From Heptranchias perlo (taxonomy: Eukaryota): a stretch of DNA of 64,000 nt. The DNA lies in assembly GCF_035084215.1 (NCBI RefSeq), contig NC_090355.1, positions 4,588,001 to 4,652,000 on the forward strand, read 5' to 3'. How positions within the stretch are numbered: position 1 is the stretch's first letter; every line of letters begins with the position of its first letter. The translations under genes were made by a program, and so were the position numbers. The notes below the pieces were generated by a model, which ran no database searches, was not told where the DNA came from, and saw only the letters and a list, made by a program, of their open reading frames with translations. This document shows positions 59,101 through 64,000 of this stretch, in pieces.

Positions 59101-62100
59101 AAAATTGTACCTGTCACTCCGTTATTTAAGAAAGGTGAGAGAGGGAAACCAGGGAATTATAGACCAGTTAGCCTAACATCTGTTGTTGGGAAATTACTAG
59201 AGTCTATAATTAAGGATAGAATGACTAAACACCTTGAAAATTTTCAGCTGATCAGAGAGAGCCAGCATGGATTTGTAAAGGGTAGGTCATGCCTGACGAA
59301 CCTGATTGAATTTTTTGAAGAGATGACTAAAGTAGTGGACAGGGGAATGTCTGTGGATGTTGTTTATATGGACTTCCAGAAGGTATTTGATAAAGTCCCA
59401 CATAAGAGACTGTTAGCTAACGTTGAAGTGCATGGAATTGAGGGCAAATTATTGACCTGGTTAGGAAACTGGCTGAGCAGCAGGAGACAGAGAGTAGGGA
59501 TAATGGGCAGGTACTCAAATTGGCAGGATGTGACTAGTGGTGTCCCACAGGGATCTGTTTTGGGGCCTGAACTAGTCACTGTATTTATTAATGACTTAGA
59601 TGATGGGATAGAGAGCCACATATCGAAGTTTGCCGATGACACAAAGATAGGCAGCATTGTAAGCAATATAGATGGAAGCATAAAATTACAGAGAGATATT
59701 AATAGATTAAGTGAATGGACAAAACTGTGGCAAATGGATTTCAATGTAGGCAAGTGTGAAGTCATCCACTTTGGACCAATAAAAGATAGATCAGGAGTAT
59801 TTTCTAAATGGTGAAAAGCTCAAAACAGTGGAGGTCCAAAGAGACTTGGAGGTCCATGTACACAAATCATTAAAATGTCATGGACAGGTGCAGAAAATAA
59901 TCAAAAAGGCTAATGGAACGCTGGCCTTTATATCTAGAGGACTAGAATACAAGGAGGTAGAAGCTATGCTACAGTTATACAAAGCCCTGGTTAGACCACA
60001 CCTGGAGTACTGTGTTCAGTTCTGGAAACCGCACCTTAGGAAGGATATAATGACCTTGGAGGAAGTGCAGCACAGATTTACCAGAGTGATACCTGGACTC
60101 CAACGGTTAAATTACGAGGGGAGATTACACAAACCAGGGTTGTAGTCCCTGAAATTTAGAAGATTAAGGGGTGATTTGATCGAAATTTTCAAGATATTAA
60201 GGGGAACCGCTAGGTGAGTCTAGGGCTAGGGGACATAGCCTAAAAATTAAAGCCAGTCCTTTCAGGAGTGAAGTTAGGAAACACTTCTACACGCAAAGGG
60301 TGGGAGAAGTTTGGAACTCTCTTCCGCAAACGGCAGTCGATGCTAGCTCAATTGTTAACTTTAAATCTGAGATTGATAGATTTTTGTTAACCAAAGGTAT
60401 TAAGGGATATGGGGCTAAGGCAGGTATGGAGTTAGGTCACAGATCAGCCATAATCTCGTTGAATGGTGGAACAGGCTCGAGGAGCTAAATGGCCTCCTCC
60501 TATTCCTATGTTCCAGGAGAAAAATGAAAAGGGACATTAAAAAAAATTGTGCCTTTCTCATTTTCTTTGAACACTTTTGTTTATTAGTTATAAAAATATT
60601 GGAGATGGGAGGAGGAGGCTGTTTGACCAGGCGGGGCAGATGGAGGTTGGAGGTCATATGATGAGACCTCCAGGAAAACGTCCAACCAGAGCTGGCGACG
60701 CGACTTACAACAAACACAGCTAAAAGAAAAAAATAAACACAGAAAATGCTGGAAAACCTCAGCAGGTCAGGCAGCATCTGTTGGGAGAGGATGGTAGGGT
60801 TAAGGTTTCAGGACGATGATCTCTTATCAGACCCGCTATATACACACACACATATATATATATAAAAGTCCATGTGGAATGAGTCGGAGCCGGAGACAGT
60901 TGCTGAGATGTGACTGTGAAAGCGGTTGTAAGAGAACACGTGATCAAAGACAAGAAGGGAGATAGATAACGATGAAGGTGAAGGTGAACAGGGTAAAAGA
61001 GACAAATGAAATCACATGGAAAAGAGGAGCAGAAGTTCGTCAAGGTGGGGACTCCTGGAGGAGAAGCGGCAGTGAATCAAACAATAAAGATGCTGGAAAT
61101 CTGAAATCGACCCGAAACGTTAACCCCACTTTCCTCTCTCCACAGATGCTGCCTGACCTGCTGAGCGTTTTCTATTTTTATTTCAGGTTTCCAGCACCTG
61201 CAGTATTTTGCTTTTTCTTCTTTCACCCAAAAGTCATACCATTTCCTCCAACTAACCATCAGGAAGTTCACGGGACATTCACTAGAATACAGGCAGACAG
61301 CGCAGCACTCTACATCACCTGCGCAGATTTCCAGGTCCCAATGTTTGCTCTTTGTTGATAAATTTAGTGAAAACGTAGAGCTGGGTAAAATTGAGGTGTT
61401 ACTTACCTGGCTGAGCAGGTAGATTCAGAGGGGAGTTCATCTCTGTGTCAGTCTCTGCATTAGTCAACAACCTGTTATCCACAACAGTTGACGGTTTGTT
61501 CTTCACTTCACTTTTCACTTCCTGCAATTAAAAAAAAAATTAGGCAATGAAGAGCTGGGAGTGTAGTTGGGGTCCAGTCCCCTAAAACATGCATCATGGT
61601 TTGGATGCCAACCGCGACTGGCACAGCCATTGATTTCACAAGCTAACACACATAGACAAGGCTAATACACATGGGGAGAAGCAGATACACAGTGTTAAAA
61701 CATATGGAGAGAAGCAGATACACAAATGCTAATACACATTGAGGAATGTAGATACACAGAGCTAATACACATGGAGAGAAGCAGATACACAGGGCTAATG
61801 TACATTGAGGAATGTAGATGCACAGGGCTAATGCACATTGAGGAATGTAGATGCACAGGGCTAATGTACATGGAGAGAAGCAGATACACAGGGCCAATAC
61901 ACATGGAGAGAAGTAGATGCAATGAGCACAGTTGCTCACAGTTTTACGCTCCCTCGCCTTTAGTGTATTTCTTGTGTCGAATTTCTTTTCTTTGCCCACT
62001 ATGGTAGCAACGTCAACACTGGAAAATGAGACACTTTCCATTCCGGGTCCCCAGTGTCAGCATCAAGCACTCCCAAGTTCGCGACAGTGAGAATACCTAC

Positions 62101-63764
62101 GAGGTGCCCCTCTAATGAAATGCATATGTAGTAAGCTTTCAGTAGCTCAATAAGATGCCTCCATAACAAAATGGCAGTATGGTAAACCAAGGGTTAATAT
62201 AAGTGGCCCATTTTGCTAGCTAGAATTAGAACAATGAGCTTTTCAAATGAGTTTATCCTTGATCATTCGTTTATGTTATTAATTTCCTGTATGAAAATGT
62301 ATGCTTTATTATGAATCAAGCAAAGCGATATGATAAGCTGAATTCTGGGGTAAGCAGGTGTAGGGAGTGTTGTTTTGCAGCTACCTAATGAATGGATCCT
62401 TATTTCGGACAAGGTCGAAAAACATCCCAGGCCTGAGATAAGTGAGACTCCCTTTCCTGTGACCTACGTATGAACAGGTATCACCTGTGAGTGGTCGGTC
62501 ATTATGTCAGTTAGTATGGCTTGCCCAGACTCAGCTTATGATTGGTTTTAACCCCTTGCTACTCATGTCCCTCCCCACTCTGAAAATGTATAATTGTGTG
62601 AACTTTGACTGTGTAAATTGCCTGTTCTATGAGATTGACCAGACTCTGTCAAGAGTTGAAATCAATTCTATAGATAGGGTCAGCTGCAGCTAATAAATTG
62701 TGTTAAAACTTTCAAGTGTATTCGCTTTCAGTTTTTGCTGAACCAGACTAAGAGTAAAGAATCCGGTATCGTCAACAGCAGGGGTTAAATAAAGAGTAAA
62801 ACTCCTTTTACATTGCCCATCAAACACTCCCAGGTGAAAGACGGCATGGGTTAGATACAGATGAAGCAGTCTTTATACTATGCCAACAATGCACCTCATG
62901 ATCAGAAGGGGACCCTTTACTGCACCTGTATGAGATTTCAATTTCCTACACCAGTGTTGTCCAATAGAAATTGCTGACCAGCTACAGGTGTGGCTACAGT
63001 GACACTTATTAGCCACACACACTAACTTTAGTAAAAAAACACCTTACACACAATACAGGTAAATGTACATCACATGTATATTTACTTCACAAACATCTAT
63101 CACCATTCAGTAACCAAGGAAGGCAAGGAACTCACAACAATCTAAAAATACTCTGCCTTTATCTTACTGTTTTACCAACAAAACGTACAAAAAGGTTAAA
63201 GTTCACATGCATATGCAGTACGAATATGAGTATTGAGATCACGTGCCCAACAACCGTGTCTATTACTCATTTTTATTTACTATTCAGAAATGCAATTTAG
63301 CCACATCTGGATTCCCAATTAGCCACATGTGGCCAGTGGATAATGTATTGGTCAACACTGTCCTACACCATCCATCTTTATAGCCTTTCTGAGCAAGATT
63401 ACCAATGAGTGGCAGACCATGCACGTGTTTGTGCTATAAACCCATCCTTTGTGAACACTGAGAACTGGGTAGAAACTCCCCCAGTTCATTATGGTCAGTA
63501 TATAGAGAGAGAGAGGAAACTTTCCCCTCATTAGTCTGTACTGGATTTGAACCCAGCCCCAGGTCTGAATCTTTCTTGTTGGTCTGGGTTTTTGTGCGAA
63601 TAAAAGTGGAGAACTCACCGGTATAATGACAGAGCTTTCTAAGCAGTCGCATAAACTTGAACAACGACTAGAAAAGATCTGGAAATCACTTCCATAAAGG
63701 TTCGAGCATCGTTGGGTGCATTCCTCTTCAGTGGGAGAGACAGGAGATGGTAGAGCCACAGTCC
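56200..63764 (-). CDS. unidentified protein, last three coding exons; acidic low-complexity tail with 3 x 33-aa repeat
   Basis: Exons 63764-63619 (xTVALPSPVSPTEEECTQRCSNLYGSDFQIFSSRCSSLCDCLESSVIIP, donor GTGAGT), 61521-61407 (EVKSEVKNKPSTVVDNRLLTNAETDTEMNSPLNLPAQP, donor GTAAGT) and 56717-56200 (GDEVQNVKWIKEQDL...GGPEV*). Phases 1/0/1 join into one open frame. I do not recognise the family. Confidence 0.75.
56361..56669. repeat. 99-bp coding tandem repeat x3 (33 aa)
   Basis: Units start at 56361, 56460, 56559 and (partial) 56658. Confidence 0.95.
57665..57907 (-). mobile_element. LF-SINE-like element, 5' half
   Basis: Reverse strand shows a tRNA-like head (GGTTTGATTCC) then TTCAGTCTAGTTTCTAATGGGC...ACAAAACTGG...GCACTAATTG, resembling the LF-SINE core as I recall it. 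Confidence 0.55.
58040..60512 (+). mobile_element. CR1 LINE, 2.5 kb (endonuclease end, RT, 3' tail)
   Basis: [62 protein letters not shown]; TTCCTATG tail. Confidence 0.94.
60725..61216. mobile_element. inverted pair of Penelope-like terminal repeats (third copy 63857-63940)
   Basis: CTCAGCAGGTCAGGCAGCATCTG at about 60758-60780 and its reverse complement at about 61143-61165. Family assignment from memory. Confidence 0.55.
61661..61925. repeat. 33-bp minisatellite x8 with two variant types
   Basis: GCTAATACACATGGAGAGAAGCAGATACACAGG-type and GCTAATGYACATTGAGGAATGTAGATGCACAGG-type units. Confidence 0.9.
62088..62774 (+). mobile_element. solo LTR (ERV- or Gypsy-type), 687 bp
   Basis: TG...CA ends with inverted termini TGAGAATACC / GGTATCGTCA; 4-bp TSD ACAG (62084-62087, 62775-62778); ATTGG 62541, TATAA 62589, AATAAA 62692. 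Confidence 0.85.
62952..63360. mobile_element. hAT-Charlie MITE (MER3/MER33-like), 409 bp
   Basis: 15-bp TIRs CAGTGTTGTCCAATA / TATTGGTCAACACTG (1 mismatch); perfect 8-bp TSD TCCTACAC (62944-62951, 63361-63368); subterminal TAGCCACA / TGTGGC motifs. Confidence 0.9.
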
Positions 63765-64000
63765 CTACAGACGCACAATAGGAAGCCTTTAAACAACGGG
63801 TTTAATGCTGCATGTTGCACCAGCATTGCTCTGAGGCATGTTTATAATGGACTATAATCGACCTGAAACATTAACTCTGTTTCTCTCTGCCTGACCTGCT
63901 GAGTGTTTTCAGCATTCTCTGCTTTTGTTTTACATCTGAAATAAGGTTCTCTGTTTTCAGGTTTTGCCGACTTTCATCCCAAAAAACGGTAAGTTTTCCA

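Larger units (their letters stand above)
61985..63575 (-). mobile_element. LF-SINE-like element split into three pieces by two later insertions
   Basis: Pieces 63575-63361 (head with GGGTTCAAATCC B box), 62951-62775 and 62087-61985 join into one continuous element once the inserts and one copy of each TSD are removed. Confidence 0.7.

Noticed and set aside
61643-62041. Cys-rich repetitive ORFs and a superficially CRISPR-like periodicity
   Set aside because: A 33-bp head-to-tail minisatellite without unique spacers, in a vertebrate intron.

Overview
Vertebrate genomic DNA. The repeat landscape (HER1-type CR1, L2, Deu-domain SINEs, Penelope-like ends) points to a cartilaginous fish, probably a shark; this is an inference. 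Gene order: LRSAM1 (minus strand, first five coding exons) head-to-head with RPL12 (plus, complete 7-exon, 165-aa gene), then POLE3 (minus, complete, 152 aa), then the last three coding exons of an unidentified minus-strand gene with a 33-aa coding tandem repeat. The block 6760-18076 (LRSAM1 first coding exon, shared promoter, all of RPL12) recurs almost identically at 18278-28525 across a 200-N gap, most likely a false (haplotypic) duplication. Most interesting observations: (1) a stem-loop with an alternative, mutually exclusive pairing in the RPL12 5'UTR that appears nearly invariant between this species and human, a candidate cis-regulatory RNA; (2) a giant G/C-strand-skewed minisatellite starting at the first LRSAM1 splice donor; (3) one LF-SINE-like element split by a solo LTR and a MER3/MER33-like hAT MITE, both with perfect TSDs; (4) the unidentified repeat-containing gene. 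Family names and human comparisons are from memory and need database confirmation.
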